NCBI GenBank assembly: GCA_044222185.1
Contig: JBGANV010000001.1
Span: 1,888,001-1,952,000, forward strand
From: Planctomycetota bacterium
GTDB lineage: Bacteria > Planctomycetota > GCA-002687715 > CAIWVZ01
Direction: 5' to 3'
DNA length: 64,000 nt
Every line of letters starts with the position of its first letter. Position 1 is the first letter of the stretch. The notes below the pieces were generated by a model. It was not told the origin of the DNA. It was given only the letters and a program-made list of their open reading frames with translations, and made no database searches. Made by a program: the position numbers and the translations under genes. Below are positions 26,417 to 36,029 of this stretch, piece after piece.

Positions 26417-28146
26417 CAGGCTCGCGCCTCACGCGCACCGCGCGGCTGGGCGGGTTTCGGCACGCGGCGCGCCTCGTCGAGAAGCTCTCGGGCTTGCGCG
26501 GCCGCGTGCGGGTGATCTCCGGACCCGGCCAGCATCTCGGCAAGCTCGCGCAACCGGCCGGCGTCATCCAACGGCTTGCAGCTGGTCACCGTCCGGGCGC
26601 CTTCGACGCGCTTGCGAACGAGCAGGTGCTGGTCGGCGAAGGCCGCAACCTGGGCGAGGTGCGTCACGACGACGACCTGATGGTGTCGTGAGAGGCCCCG
26701 TATCCGACGCCCGAACGCCGTTCCGATGCGTCCGCCCGTTCCGGAGTCGATCTCGTCGAAGACCAGCATGGGGACCCCGTGGTGATCGGCAAGTGCACCC
26801 TTCAGCGCCAGCAGGATGCGCGCCAGCTCGCCACCCGACGTCACGCTCTCCATCGGCAGCAGCGCCTCCCCCACGTTCATGGAGACGACGAACCGCGGCC
26901 GACCGAATCCGTGTGATTGAAGCGGGCGCGGCCCCTTGGATCCCGCATCTGGATCCGACAGGTCCGTGGCGAAGCGCGCATGCGGGAGGCGGAGGTCCTT
27001 CAGCGCCGCCGTCACTTCGTCGGCGAGCGTGACGGCGGCGGCTGCGCGACGTTCGTCCAACGTCGATGCAGCGGTGCGAAGCTCCTGTTCCATCGCGGCA
27101 TGCTCGCGCTTCAAGCCGTCGACAGAAAGGTCGCGATCCAGCGTCTGCCATTCGCCGCGCAGGCCTTCGAGGCGATCGATGAGGCCATCGCCGTGGGCCT
27201 GGTACTTCCTTCCGAGCCTGCGGATGTCGTCGAGCCGCTCGCCGATCGACTGGAACCGCGCCCCGTCCATTTCGAGCTGGTCGCGCAGCCGCGAACACGT
27301 GCGGGACAGGTCGTCCGCCTCGATACGGAACGACTCGAGTCGCGTGACGATCTCGCCGAGGCGCGCATCCAGCGTCGAAAACTCACCCAGGCGTCGGGCA
27401 GACTTCACGAGCCGGACCCCCATGGGAGCATCGCCGCCATCGATCGCCGCGGACACGTCGTCGAGCGTGCGCATCAACTCGGCGGCCTTCGACAGCAGTT
27501 TCCATTCGGTTTCGAGCGAGTCCGTCTCCCCGCGTTCGAGGTGGAGATCCTCGATCTCGCCGATCTGCTCCCGCAGCGAGTCGCGCCGCAGGTCGAGTTC
27601 CTGACGCCGGGCCTCGATCTCCTCGATCCTTCGCCCGAGCGCGACCCACTCGCGGTGCCGCACGGCGAAGGTCTCCACGTCGGCAGTGAGTCCTCCGAAC
27701 CGATCGAGCGCCCTCCGCTGCTCGTCGACGGAGAGGAGCGCCTGCTGATCGCGTTGACCGTGGACGTCGCAAAGCCGTTCACCCACCGCCTTGAGGACGC
27801 CGGCCGGGCACAAGTGCCCGTTGAGGTAGGCGCGCGTGCGCCCATCCGCGAGTATCACTCGGCGGATGCAAAGCTCATCCGTGTCTGGTTCGACGAGGTC
27901 GCTGACGGCCGCGAGTGAGCGCACGGTCTCGGGTTTGAGCGCAAGCCGCCCCTCGACCGACGCCTCCTCTGCACCGGCCCGCACGAGGCCCCGGTCTCCG
28001 CGTGCGCCCAGCAGGAGGAGGATCGCAGAGAGGATCAGCGACTTCCCCTCGCCGGTCTCGCCGCTGATGACGTTCAGCCCCGCCTGAAACGGGACCACCA
28101 GGTCGTCGATCAGGACGAAGTTGCGGATGTGGAGCTCTTCGAGCAT
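26416..28146 (-). CDS. recN: DNA repair protein RecN
   Basis: LHIRNFVLID, SGETGEGKS, DVHGQ, SGGELAR, VFDEIDSG, VTHLAQVAA. Confidence 0.93.
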   Translation of the reverse strand: MLEELHIRNFVLIDDLVVPFQAGLNVISGETGEGKSLILSAILLLLGARGDRGLVRAGAEEASVEGRLALKPETVRSLAAVSDLVEPDTDELCIRRVILADGRTRAYLNGHLCPAGVLKAVGERLCDVHGQRDQQALLSVDEQRRALDRFGGLTADVETFAVRHREWVALGRRIEEIEARRQELDLRRDSLREQIGEIEDLHLERGETDSLETEWKLLSKAAELMRTLDDVSAAIDGGDAPMGVRLVKSARRLGEFSTLDARLGEIVTRLESFRIEADDLSRTCSRLRDQLEMDGARFQSIGERLDDIRRLGRKYQAHGDGLIDRLEGLRGEWQTLDRDLSVDGLKREHAAMEQELRTAASTLDERRAAAAVTLADEVTAALKDLRLPHARFATDLSDPDAGSKGPRPLQSHGFGRPRFVVSMNVGEALLPMESVTSGGELARILLALKGALADHHGVPMLVFDEIDSGTGGRIGTAFGRRIRGLSRHHQVVVVTHLAQVAAFADQHLLVRKRVEGARTVTSCKPLDDAGRLRELAEMLAGSGDHPHAAAQARELLDEARRVPKPAQPRGAREARA

Positions 28147-28147
28147 G

Positions 28148-28528
28148 TCACGTCACGCGCGTTCCGGGCAGGACGCCGCCGGCGACGCCGAGCGGGATCA
28201 CCTTCTCGGTGCCGCGGACGGCGAGGAGCATCCCCTGGCTCTCCACTCCACGGAGCAGCGCGGGTTCCAGGTTCGCGACGACGATGATGGTCCTGTCGAT
28301 GAGCTCTTCGCGCGGGCAATCCTTGCGGATTCCCGCGACGATCGTTCGCGGCGCAGGTTCACCGACGTCCACGGTCAACACCCACAGCCGATCGGCGTTC
28401 GGGTGTTCCTTCACGTCGAGGATCTTCGCTGCGCGGAGCTCGACGGACTTGAAATGATCGATCGTGATGCGGGCGGGCGCTTGCGGCGCGCCTTCCGGCA
28501 CGGGCGGCGGAGTTGGAGTCGAGGACAC
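28148..28528 (-). CDS. Stand-alone tRNA-binding protein (Trbp111/CsaA/MetG C-terminal domain)
   Basis: HPNADRL, RTIVAGI, VVANLEPALLRGVESQGMLLA. Confidence 0.88.
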   Translation of the reverse strand: MSSTPTPPPVPEGAPQAPARITIDHFKSVELRAAKILDVKEHPNADRLWVLTVDVGEPAPRTIVAGIRKDCPREELIDRTIIVVANLEPALLRGVESQGMLLAVRGTEKVIPLGVAGGVLPGTRVT

Positions 28529-28658
28529 GTGATTCCCCCGGTTGGGCCTGCGGGTGACGACGAGACAGAGCGTATCCGGCCCCCCTGGTCACTCAACGGC
28601 CGCACCGGGCTCGCCGCGCAGGAAGATCGCACGCTCGCGCGGGCGATCAGCGCTGGCG

Positions 28659-29483
28659 TCAGTCTTTCCGCGATGGCGGCGTCGGCGCAACCGGGCGGGA
28701 GTCCGGTCGCGCTGGACCGTTCTCACGTACGGCAACGGGCACGTCCTCCGGCGACCGCGCCGCAGCGGCGCGAATGTGAGCCAGCGCGACGGAGCTCGTG
28801 GGATCCTCCGGCGCGATCGCGAACGCGGCGAGGAGTCGCTTCTCTGCGGCCGCGGGACGTCCCGCCTCGAGGATCGCCAGGGCCTCCTCTCGGATGCAGA
28901 GCAATCGAACCTGTTTCGGCAGCGTCTCCGCGTCCGCCGCCTGAAACTCGCGCGCCGCCGATTCGAAGCGGCGCAGGTCGCGAAGGAGAAGCCCCTTCAC
29001 CAGATGGACGAGGCTCGCCTCCGTCACCTGCCCGGGCACGTCTTCCACGGACGTCACTTCGATCCACGGCTGTCCCTTCAGGACGTGCGTGATCGTGCCG
29101 GAGATCCGGAAACGCTTGTAGGGCGTGGCCTGTGCGAACGCCCGAGCCTCCGGTGAACCACGCTTCACGAATAGCTGTCGAAAGTCCGACTCGTAGGCCT
29201 TCTTCTCCCAGAGCGGAGAGTCGTCCGGCCAGGCGACGAGGCTCTGCCAGTTCTCGGGGTCGAACTTGGTGAAGAACGCCTGTTCGTGTCGCCCGAGCTG
29301 GCGGAACTGGATCACGAACGAGAGCGGAGTGTCACGAAACCGGTCCGGCTGCGCGAGGACCCTCGACAGCTCCACGGCACGCTCCTGGAAGATGTCGTCC
29401 CACCACCCCGTGGGCGCCGACTGCTGCGCGAGCGCGCCCGCGGATGCCACGGATAGGAGGGCGAACCAAAGATGACGTGCCAC
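28659..29483 (-). CDS. Exported hypothetical protein (OB-fold-like domain plus TPR-like helices)
   Basis: Signal peptide after GTG 29483 with AAAGGGG SD, VELSRVLAQPDRF, FRISGTI...PWIEV, helical C-terminus. Confidence 0.6.
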   Translation of the reverse strand: MARHLWFALLSVASAGALAQQSAPTGWWDDIFQERAVELSRVLAQPDRFRDTPLSFVIQFRQLGRHEQAFFTKFDPENWQSLVAWPDDSPLWEKKAYESDFRQLFVKRGSPEARAFAQATPYKRFRISGTITHVLKGQPWIEVTSVEDVPGQVTEASLVHLVKGLLLRDLRRFESAAREFQAADAETLPKQVRLLCIREEALAILEAGRPAAAEKRLLAAFAIAPEDPTSSVALAHIRAAAARSPEDVPVAVRENGPARPDSRPVAPTPPSRKD

Positions 29484-29556
29484 GGAATCCCCTTTCCGGC
29501 CGCGTTCAGGCCGCCTCGGATCCATCGGCACGAAAAACCGCCGGACTTGAGAGGTT

Positions 29557-30120
29557 TCACGCCTCCTTGCGGTAGAGCACGATCACGCTCCGGCCTGCCT
29601 CGCGGCGGTCGAACTCGACGAACGCCGGTGGGGCGGACACGTTCTCGCACTCCTCCGGGAACCGCCACACGATCACTGCGCCGGGCACGACCCGATCGGT
29701 GCCGGCCAGCGAAGCCAGAAGCCGCTCCAGGCGCTCCCGCCCCTCGGCGAAGAGCGGGAACGGAGGATCGACGAAGACGACCTGCGCATCGTGAGGCAGC
29801 CTGGCGTAATCGAGCCGGAATGCGTCGACACGCACGATCTTCGCTCGATCCTCGAAACGACATCCCGCGACGTTGTGTTCGAGGCAGGAGGCGGCCTCAC
29901 GGCCCCGCTCCACGAACACGCAGCGTTCGGCCCCGCGCGACAACGCTTCCAGTCCGAGGGCGCCTGAACCGGCGAAGATGTCGTAGACGCCGGGCACGAC
30001 GGCCGACTCCCGAAGCACGTTGAACAGCATCTGCTTCTGAGCGTCGAGCATGGGCCGCGTTCCCAGGCCCGGCGGAGCCTTCAATGCGCGTCCACGCGCC
30101 GTGCCGGTGATGATCCGCAT
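29557..30120 (-). CDS. rsmD: 16S rRNA m2G966 methyltransferase RsmD
   Basis: MRIITGTARGRAL, TRP, DIFAGSGALGLEALSRGA, FVDPPF. Start at ATG 30120; the ORF-track 5' extension is spurious. Confidence 0.92.
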   Translation of the reverse strand: MRIITGTARGRALKAPPGLGTRPMLDAQKQMLFNVLRESAVVPGVYDIFAGSGALGLEALSRGAERCVFVERGREAASCLEHNVAGCRFEDRAKIVRVDAFRLDYARLPHDAQVVFVDPPFPLFAEGRERLERLLASLAGTDRVVPGAVIVWRFPEECENVSAPPAFVEFDRREAGRSVIVLYRKEA

Positions 30121-30174
30121 GGGCGCAAGAGTTACCACGCCGGCCGCAGTACCGCACCCGGGAGGCTCCACGCC

Positions 30175-30903
30175 ATGCCACGCCTGTTCCTGAACGTCGA
30201 TCACGTCGCCACCGTCCGCCAGGCGCGCCGCGCGAGCTACCCCGATCCGGTCGAGGCCGCGCTCCTCGCCGAATCGACGGGAACCGTCCACGGCATCACG
30301 GTGCATCTCCGCGAGGACCGCCGCCACATCCAGGATGCGGACGTGACCGCCATCCGCCGCCGTCTCGCGCTCCCACTGAACTTCGAGATGTCCTGCGCCC
30401 CCGAGATCGTCGCGTTCTGCGTTTCCGTGTCCCCTCCGCAGGCGACGCTCGTGCCCGAGCGGCGTGAGGAGGTCACGACCGAGGGCGGGCTCGACCTCGT
30501 AGGGAACTTCGAACGCGTCAGGACGGCAACCCGGACCCTCCAGGCGGCAGGGATCGCCGTGAGCCTGTTCATCGATCCCGACGCGGCCACCGTCGAACGC
30601 GCCCGAGACGTCGGCGCCACGCACGTCGAGCTGCACACGGGGCGATACTGCGACGCCGCGGGGCCCGCCCGCCGGCGCGAATGGGACGCCCTCGCCGCCT
30701 CCGCCGCCCACGCCCGGGCGCTCGGTCTCGAGGTCAACGCTGGCCACGGGCTGACTGCGGAAAATGTGGGCCCGGTCGCCGCCATTTCCGGGCTGACGGA
30801 CCTCAACATCGGCCACAGCCTGGTCGCACGGGCCATTTTCGTCGGGTTGCCCCAGGCCCTCCGGGAGATGCGCGACGCGATGGACCACCCCTCGCCCCTG
30901 TGA
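30175..30903 (+). CDS. pdxJ: Pyridoxine 5'-phosphate synthase
   Basis: NVDHVATVRQAR, HLREDRRHI, VPERREEVTTEGGLD, ELHTG, NAGHGL, LNIGHS. Confidence 0.97.
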   Translation: MPRLFLNVDHVATVRQARRASYPDPVEAALLAESTGTVHGITVHLREDRRHIQDADVTAIRRRLALPLNFEMSCAPEIVAFCVSVSPPQATLVPERREEVTTEGGLDLVGNFERVRTATRTLQAAGIAVSLFIDPDAATVERARDVGATHVELHTGRYCDAAGPARRREWDALAASAAHARALGLEVNAGHGLTAENVGPVAAISGLTDLNIGHSLVARAIFVGLPQALREMRDAMDHPSPL

Positions 30904-30966
30904 CCTGCGCACGCGCGGGCCGTCTTCGGTTGCGCGATGGTCTACACGTTCGACTAGAATGCTCCC

Positions 30967-33087
30967 GTGGCGCGCATGACACCTCCTCGCGATTCGGGCG
31001 GACGAGTCCCCGCCACGCCTCGACCACGACTCACCGTCGACGTGGGAGGCGTCACCTTCCGGGTCGTCATCGGCACGGACGTGTTCTCGATCGGAAGCTC
31101 TCCCCGCTCGTCCTTGACGATCGAACGGCCCGGCGTCGCGGAGCACCATGCGGTCATCCAACGGGGTGACCAGGGCTACGAGGTCTTCGACCTGTGCTCG
31201 CCGGGCGGAACGACGGTCAATGGAGTCCGCGTCGAAGCCGCGCTGCTTCGCGCCGGCGACGCCATCGGCATCGGCGACGCCAGGCTCGCGTTCCTCGATG
31301 GTGCGGCGGCCCCCGATCCGACGGACGTTCGATCCGGGCTGACGGCAGAGATCCTGCCCCTCCTCGGCCTGCGTGACGAACAGACTTCGGCATACCCGAC
31401 GGCCGCGCCGGCTGCCCAGCCGCCGCCCACGGTCGTCGCCACGGAGGAGGCCATCACGCCTCGCGTGCCGATCGCCCTCGTTCGTGCCGCGCCGTTACGC
31501 TCGTTTCGCGCGTTCATCGCCGAGGAGCCGAGCGCACGGAACGCACACGAATGGCTCGTCGCACAGGCGAAGCGCATGCCGTACATCGCGGTCGCGATGA
31601 TGCTCCACGTGGTCGCCGTGCTGCTCGTGTCGCTGGGACCGTGGGAGCGCAAGCGCGCGTTCGAAGACGCTCCGACGGAGGCCGTGATCTCGGCCGAGAT
31701 CGTCTTCACTCCGGTCACGGATGTGCCCGTCGTGGAGCCGCACGACTCGGTCGCCGAGCTTCCGCGCGCTGACGACGAGGCCGTCGTCATTCCGAGCGGA
31801 ACCCCGGAGGGCGAAGCCGCTGCGACGGACGCGTTGCCCACTTCAGGAAGCGACGGACCGGTACCCGACTTCGGTGTGCCGATGGCCGACGACGCGGGCA
31901 CGGGGCTCCCCGCCGGGAATGGCACGGACGTCATCGGCGTCGGGCCGGGAGGATTCGGCGGCGGCGAAGGTGAGCACGGTGCGCGCGGTGCGGGGTTGGA
32001 GGACGGCGACGGACTCTTCCCTGGGAACGGTTCCGGCTCGGCGTCGTTCGGAGCGCTGCGCAAGTACGCCCACGGCCTGCGGGAGATCGGCCTCGACGTC
32101 ATCTTCGTGGTCGACGCCACGGGATCGATGGGAAGCTCCATCGACGATGCGCGGCAGCGGATCAACGAGCTCATCGCGGTGATCGGCAGCCTCGTTCCGA
32201 GGTTCCGCCTCGCGATCGTCGGATACCGCGACAAGGGCGACGACTTCGTCACGAAGAAGACCCCGCTGACGGACAACCACTACCAGGCCGTGCAGTTCCT
32301 GGACGACCTCTCCGCCGGTGGCGGTGGGGACTTCCCAGAGGCCGTGTACGAAGGGTTGCGCGTCGGGATGCGGGACCTGCCGTGGTCCAAGACCGGAGGC
32401 AAGGCCGCGCGCCGGATCGTGATCCTCGTCGGAGATGCACCCCCGCACGTGTTCGACGACGAGAGGGTCAACAGCCTCGTCGCATCTTTCGCGTCACAGA
32501 GCGGAACGCTCCACACGATCTACTGCGGCGGGAACGGAACGCTCGAAGACCGCGACTCGACCCGAATGCTCTTCGCGCGCCTCGCGAAGAAGACGGGCGG
32601 CGTGGCGCTCGCACTCTCCGACGGCAAGCGAGTCGTCGACGGCCTGCTCCCGGTGATCTTCGGCAGGGAATACGAGCTGGGGATGAAGGAGGTGATCGAG
32701 AATGCGAGGGCAGGCACGCGCGCGCGGCGATGCCGCGACCTCGTGGCCTCGGCCTCGCCCGCAATGCTTCGGGACGAGATGCTGCGCCCCAATCCCTCGG
32801 TCGACCTGTTCAACGCGATCGCCGACAACCTGAAGGCGGAGAACTTCCCGGCGTTCCTGGACGTGCTCCGCCGTTCGGAGGCCTCGGCGCCGGCGCGGTG
32901 GGCGGCGTCCGTCTTCGTTCGCCGTATCGCGCGCTCGAAGACGCGTGCGCCTCAACTTTGGGCCGTGGCCTCCGCGCTCGCGGGCGATCTTCCGCAACCG
33001 CGCATGAAGCTCGTCACCGACGACATCAGCCGGAAAGCCAAGGCCGTCGGTCTGGCAACGGAGATGCCGAGCTCGAACGGCCGCTGA
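30967..33087 (+). CDS. FHA-TM-vWA domain protein
   Basis: N-terminal FHA fold (GTTVNG, LRAGDAIGIG), TM helix IAVAMMLHVVAVLLV, acidic/Gly linker, vWA with MIDAS DATGS, GYRD, GGGDFPEAV, VGDAPPH. Confidence 0.82.
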   Translation: MARMTPPRDSGGRVPATPRPRLTVDVGGVTFRVVIGTDVFSIGSSPRSSLTIERPGVAEHHAVIQRGDQGYEVFDLCSPGGTTVNGVRVEAALLRAGDAIGIGDARLAFLDGAAAPDPTDVRSGLTAEILPLLGLRDEQTSAYPTAAPAAQPPPTVVATEEAITPRVPIALVRAAPLRSFRAFIAEEPSARNAHEWLVAQAKRMPYIAVAMMLHVVAVLLVSLGPWERKRAFEDAPTEAVISAEIVFTPVTDVPVVEPHDSVAELPRADDEAVVIPSGTPEGEAAATDALPTSGSDGPVPDFGVPMADDAGTGLPAGNGTDVIGVGPGGFGGGEGEHGARGAGLEDGDGLFPGNGSGSASFGALRKYAHGLREIGLDVIFVVDATGSMGSSIDDARQRINELIAVIGSLVPRFRLAIVGYRDKGDDFVTKKTPLTDNHYQAVQFLDDLSAGGGGDFPEAVYEGLRVGMRDLPWSKTGGKAARRIVILVGDAPPHVFDDERVNSLVASFASQSGTLHTIYCGGNGTLEDRDSTRMLFARLAKKTGGVALALSDGKRVVDGLLPVIFGREYELGMKEVIENARAGTRARRCRDLVASASPAMLRDEMLRPNPSVDLFNAIADNLKAENFPAFLDVLRRSEASAPARWAASVFVRRIARSKTRAPQLWAVASALAGDLPQPRMKLVTDDISRKAKAVGLATEMPSSNGR

Positions 33088-33100
33088 GGCCGTCGCCGCC

Positions 33101-33955
33101 TCAGGCCACGTGGCGCGCGACGACACGCGGAAGCATGGCGACGAGGGCCGAGACCGACACGGCTCGCTCTCCGTGCTTCTTCGCGATCGCGTCGGCAGCC
33201 GCACCGTGCAGGAAGACGCCAGCGCAGGCGGCGTCGAACGGATCGAGCCCACTCGCCAACAAGGCGCCGATCACGCCCGCAAGGACGTCACCGGTGCCGC
33301 CGGTGGCGAGCCCCGCATTGCCGGTGTCGTTCCTCACGATCCGCCGGCCATCGGTGACGAGCGTGCCCGCGCCTTTCAGCACGACGACGCTGAACCGTTC
33401 GGCCAATCTTCGCGCGCTTCCTTCCCGGTCGGCTTGGATTTCCGCGGCCGTGCAGCCGAGCAGGCGCGCTGCCTCTCCGGGGTGTGGGGTCGCGACGACG
33501 GCCTCACGACGAGGTATGCCGCCGGTCGCCATCCCGTTGAGCGCATCCGCATCGACGACGACGGGAACGGCGACCTGACGCACGACGCGCGCGACGAACG
33601 CGCGAGTCTCGTCGGAGTTCCCGATGCCGGGCCCGATGACGCAGCCATCCTGCGCGCCGCCGAGCGCGATCACGTCCTTGGCCCCGATGGCCGCACACGT
33701 CCCGTTCATCGTGGATCGGACGGCGCGGACCATGGCGGCGGGCACCAGCAGCGAGACCTCGCCCCGGATGTCTTCCGGAACCGCGACCGTCAGCAGGCCG
33801 ACGCCGCTCGCCAACGCGCCACGCGCGGCGAGTGCAGGTGCGCCGGTCCAGCCGACGGCGCCGCCGATCACCAGGAGGCGGCCGCTGTCGCCCTTGTGTG
33901 CATCCAGCGCGCGAGCCGGAAGCCGGGGAGCTTGAATCGAACGCACGTCGCTCAT
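33101..33955 (-). CDS. nnrD: ADP-dependent NAD(P)H-hydrate dehydratase (stand-alone YjeF C-terminal domain)
   Basis: HKGDSG, IGPGIG, VDADAL, TPHPGE, VLKG, LATGGTGDVLAG. Confidence 0.92.
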   Translation of the reverse strand: MSDVRSIQAPRLPARALDAHKGDSGRLLVIGGAVGWTGAPALAARGALASGVGLLTVAVPEDIRGEVSLLVPAAMVRAVRSTMNGTCAAIGAKDVIALGGAQDGCVIGPGIGNSDETRAFVARVVRQVAVPVVVDADALNGMATGGIPRREAVVATPHPGEAARLLGCTAAEIQADREGSARRLAERFSVVVLKGAGTLVTDGRRIVRNDTGNAGLATGGTGDVLAGVIGALLASGLDPFDAACAGVFLHGAAADAIAKKHGERAVSVSALVAMLPRVVARHVA

Positions 33956-34959
33956 GGGAGTGTCACCGTGATCCTGCCGACGGGGCGGCCCCGGGCATTC
34001 TTGATCGGTACGTCCTGAAATGCCTCTAACGACTTTCGCATCGCGTCGTCGATCGCGTCGAGACTGCGAAGAAGCAGGGTAGCGATCAAAGCCTCAGTCG
34101 CACGATGGGACCCATCGTCGAACTTCGTGGCGATCCCGATCCCCGAACCGGGAATGCCGAGAGCATAGAAGCCCTCGGCGCCGACTTTCGGCAGGATGCG
34201 GCCCGCGGTCGCCGTCAGGAAACGCGTGCAGATCCGTCCGTCGCCGCAGTACGCGACGGGTTCACGGGGCACCGCGGCGAGAAATCGCGACCATGCCAGG
34301 CGCGGAGCATCGACGGAACCCGGGCTCACCAGGTGTGCGAAGGCCCGCGCGGCCTGGCGCGTGGAGAGGACGAACGTCGGCGCGCTGCACCCGTCGATCT
34401 CGACGCCGACGCCGGACGGCTCGATCGCCGCGAACGTCGCGAGCATGCAACGGTTGCGGACCTGCACCGGGTGCGACGGGTCCAGGTAGTTCTCCGTGGG
34501 CTCGCCGGACAGTCTCGCGGCGAGCAGCATCCCCGCGTGCTTGCCGGAGCAGTTGTGGTGAAGCGGCCCCGGCTTCGTCCCGGCACGGGCGAGTTCCTCC
34601 GCCGTCGGGCCGTGGAATGGAGAGTGACTTCCGCATTGGAGGTCCGCTTCGGATAGCCCCGCCCGGCGGAGCATCTCGCGGACGGCGTCCACATGGAGCG
34701 GTTGCCCCCCGTGCGAGGCGCCGATCACCGCGATCTCGCGGTCGCTCAGCGCGAATCCAGCCGCGAGGATCCGGTCGATCGCCGCGATCGCCTGGAACGG
34801 TTTCGCCGAGGACCGAAGGAACTGGGGCTCGTCGATCGCGCCGGCGCTCGACAGGGTCGTGGCTTGGTCGACGACGGCGAAGGTCCCCCGGTGGATTGAT
34901 TCGACGCGCTCACCGCGCCAGACGTGCGCGAGGATCGGATTGGGGGCGTCGTTCCGCAT
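33952..34959 (-). CDS. L-asparaginase II (Rhizobium-type, class 3)
   Basis: ESIHRG, RSSAKPFQ, ASHGG, HNCSGKH, DGCSAP, KVGAEG, KFDDG. Confidence 0.9.
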   Translation of the reverse strand: MRNDAPNPILAHVWRGERVESIHRGTFAVVDQATTLSSAGAIDEPQFLRSSAKPFQAIAAIDRILAAGFALSDREIAVIGASHGGQPLHVDAVREMLRRAGLSEADLQCGSHSPFHGPTAEELARAGTKPGPLHHNCSGKHAGMLLAARLSGEPTENYLDPSHPVQVRNRCMLATFAAIEPSGVGVEIDGCSAPTFVLSTRQAARAFAHLVSPGSVDAPRLAWSRFLAAVPREPVAYCGDGRICTRFLTATAGRILPKVGAEGFYALGIPGSGIGIATKFDDGSHRATEALIATLLLRSLDAIDDAMRKSLEAFQDVPIKNARGRPVGRITVTLP

Positions 34960-35051
34960 GGGCCCGGGAGGTTACGGGCGATCGCACGGAACGTCGAGGG
35001 AGTGCGCCGCTTGCCGCCTCGAAGTGCGCCAGTACAATCGGCCGCCTACCC

Positions 35052-35137
35052 GGAGGGCTGGCAGAGTGGTCGAATGCGGCGGTTTTGAAAACCGTTGACC
35101 GAAAGGTCCGGGGGTTCGAATCCCTCGCCCTCCACCA
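35052..35137 (+). tRNA. tRNA-Ser(TGA), CCA encoded
   Basis: Acceptor GGAGGGC/GCCCTCC, D-arm GCAGAGTGGTCGAATGC, anticodon GCGGT-TTTGAAA-ACCGT, long variable arm GACC-GAAA-GGTC, T-loop TTCGAAT. Confidence 0.96.
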
Positions 35138-35197
35138 GTTTTCAGTGGGGCTCGTGCCTCGCCGGTCGGACCGGATCTCGAGTTCCTCTTCACCTTG

Positions 35198-35289
35198 GGA
35201 GAGGTGGCAGAGTGGTCGAATGCGGCGGTTTGCTAAACCGTTGTCCCGGGCCAAATCTGGGACCAGGGGTTCGAATCCCCTCCTCTCCG
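35198..35289 (+). tRNA. tRNA-Ser(GCT), CCA not encoded
   Basis: Acceptor GGAGAGG/CCTCTCC, anticodon loop TTGCTAA, long variable arm GTCCCGG...CTGGGAC, T-loop TTCGAAT, discriminator G. Confidence 0.96.
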
Positions 35290-35304
35290 CTTGCGCGCCG
35301 GCGC

Positions 35305-35838
35305 TTGCCGGCGGCGGTTCTGTTTCTCGTGTGCCTCGGTGCGTGCGCTGAGAGATCCCTGGACATCAGCAGCAACCCGCCGGGCGCAGACGTCTTCGTC
35401 GACAACGCCTACGTCGGCCGGACGCCGGTTCGCGTCCCGTTCACACACGGCGGGATGCAGGAGATCATCATCCTCCCGCGGCCGGCCGACGGCGCCGAGT
35501 CCCGGTCGTACCGTCCAGCCGTCATCCGGTACGACTCGGAGCGGTTCGAGCACGACACGCCGGTCGTGGATCTCATCGCCGAGCTCCCACTGATCGCGGC
35601 GGACGACCGGCAGGCGGTAGACGTCGAGCTCAAGCCCGATGGCTGGCGCGAGCTGTACCGCGCCGACCCGCAGGCGTTTCGCGACTCGGTTCGCACGCGC
35701 GCCGAAGCTCTCCGCGTTCGGGTCCGCGACCTCCAGGCCATTGCCACGCCGACGGAGTCAGAACTTCCCGGGGTCGTCGACACGCGCCCGGCGCAGCGGG
35801 CGGATTCCGGCCCCGAGAGCCGATCGACGCTCCCCTGA
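35305..35838 (+). CDS. PEGA-domain lipoprotein (start uncertain)
   Basis: Lipobox LGAC followed by ERSLDISSNPPGADVFVDNAYVGRTPV (PEGA). Confidence 0.72.
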   Translation: MPAAVLFLVCLGACAERSLDISSNPPGADVFVDNAYVGRTPVRVPFTHGGMQEIIILPRPADGAESRSYRPAVIRYDSERFEHDTPVVDLIAELPLIAADDRQAVDVELKPDGWRELYRADPQAFRDSVRTRAEALRVRVRDLQAIATPTESELPGVVDTRPAQRADSGPESRSTLP

Positions 35839-36029
35839 CGGCGGCCCCGACCATCGACCGCAGCTTCGTGGCCGGTCTGGTCGATCGGTTGGAAGCGCGG
35901 CGGAACGACGTGCGCACGGGGGCGCGCCGCCGTTGGCCCGGCATCCTCGACTGATAAAGTGCCCGGCTTCATTGTGTTTCGGGCCGTCGACTTGCAATCC
36001 CCAGGAGTCGGTGGCCGTGGGAGGCGGGG

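Noticed and set aside
29557-31161. 534-aa fusion ORF ending in RsmD
   Set aside because: The 5' part is antisense to pdxJ; RsmD begins at ATG 30120.
35052-35289. tRNA-Ser genes as an integration site for an island
   Set aside because: No integrase and no duplicated tRNA 3' end seen in the window; flanking genes are housekeeping.
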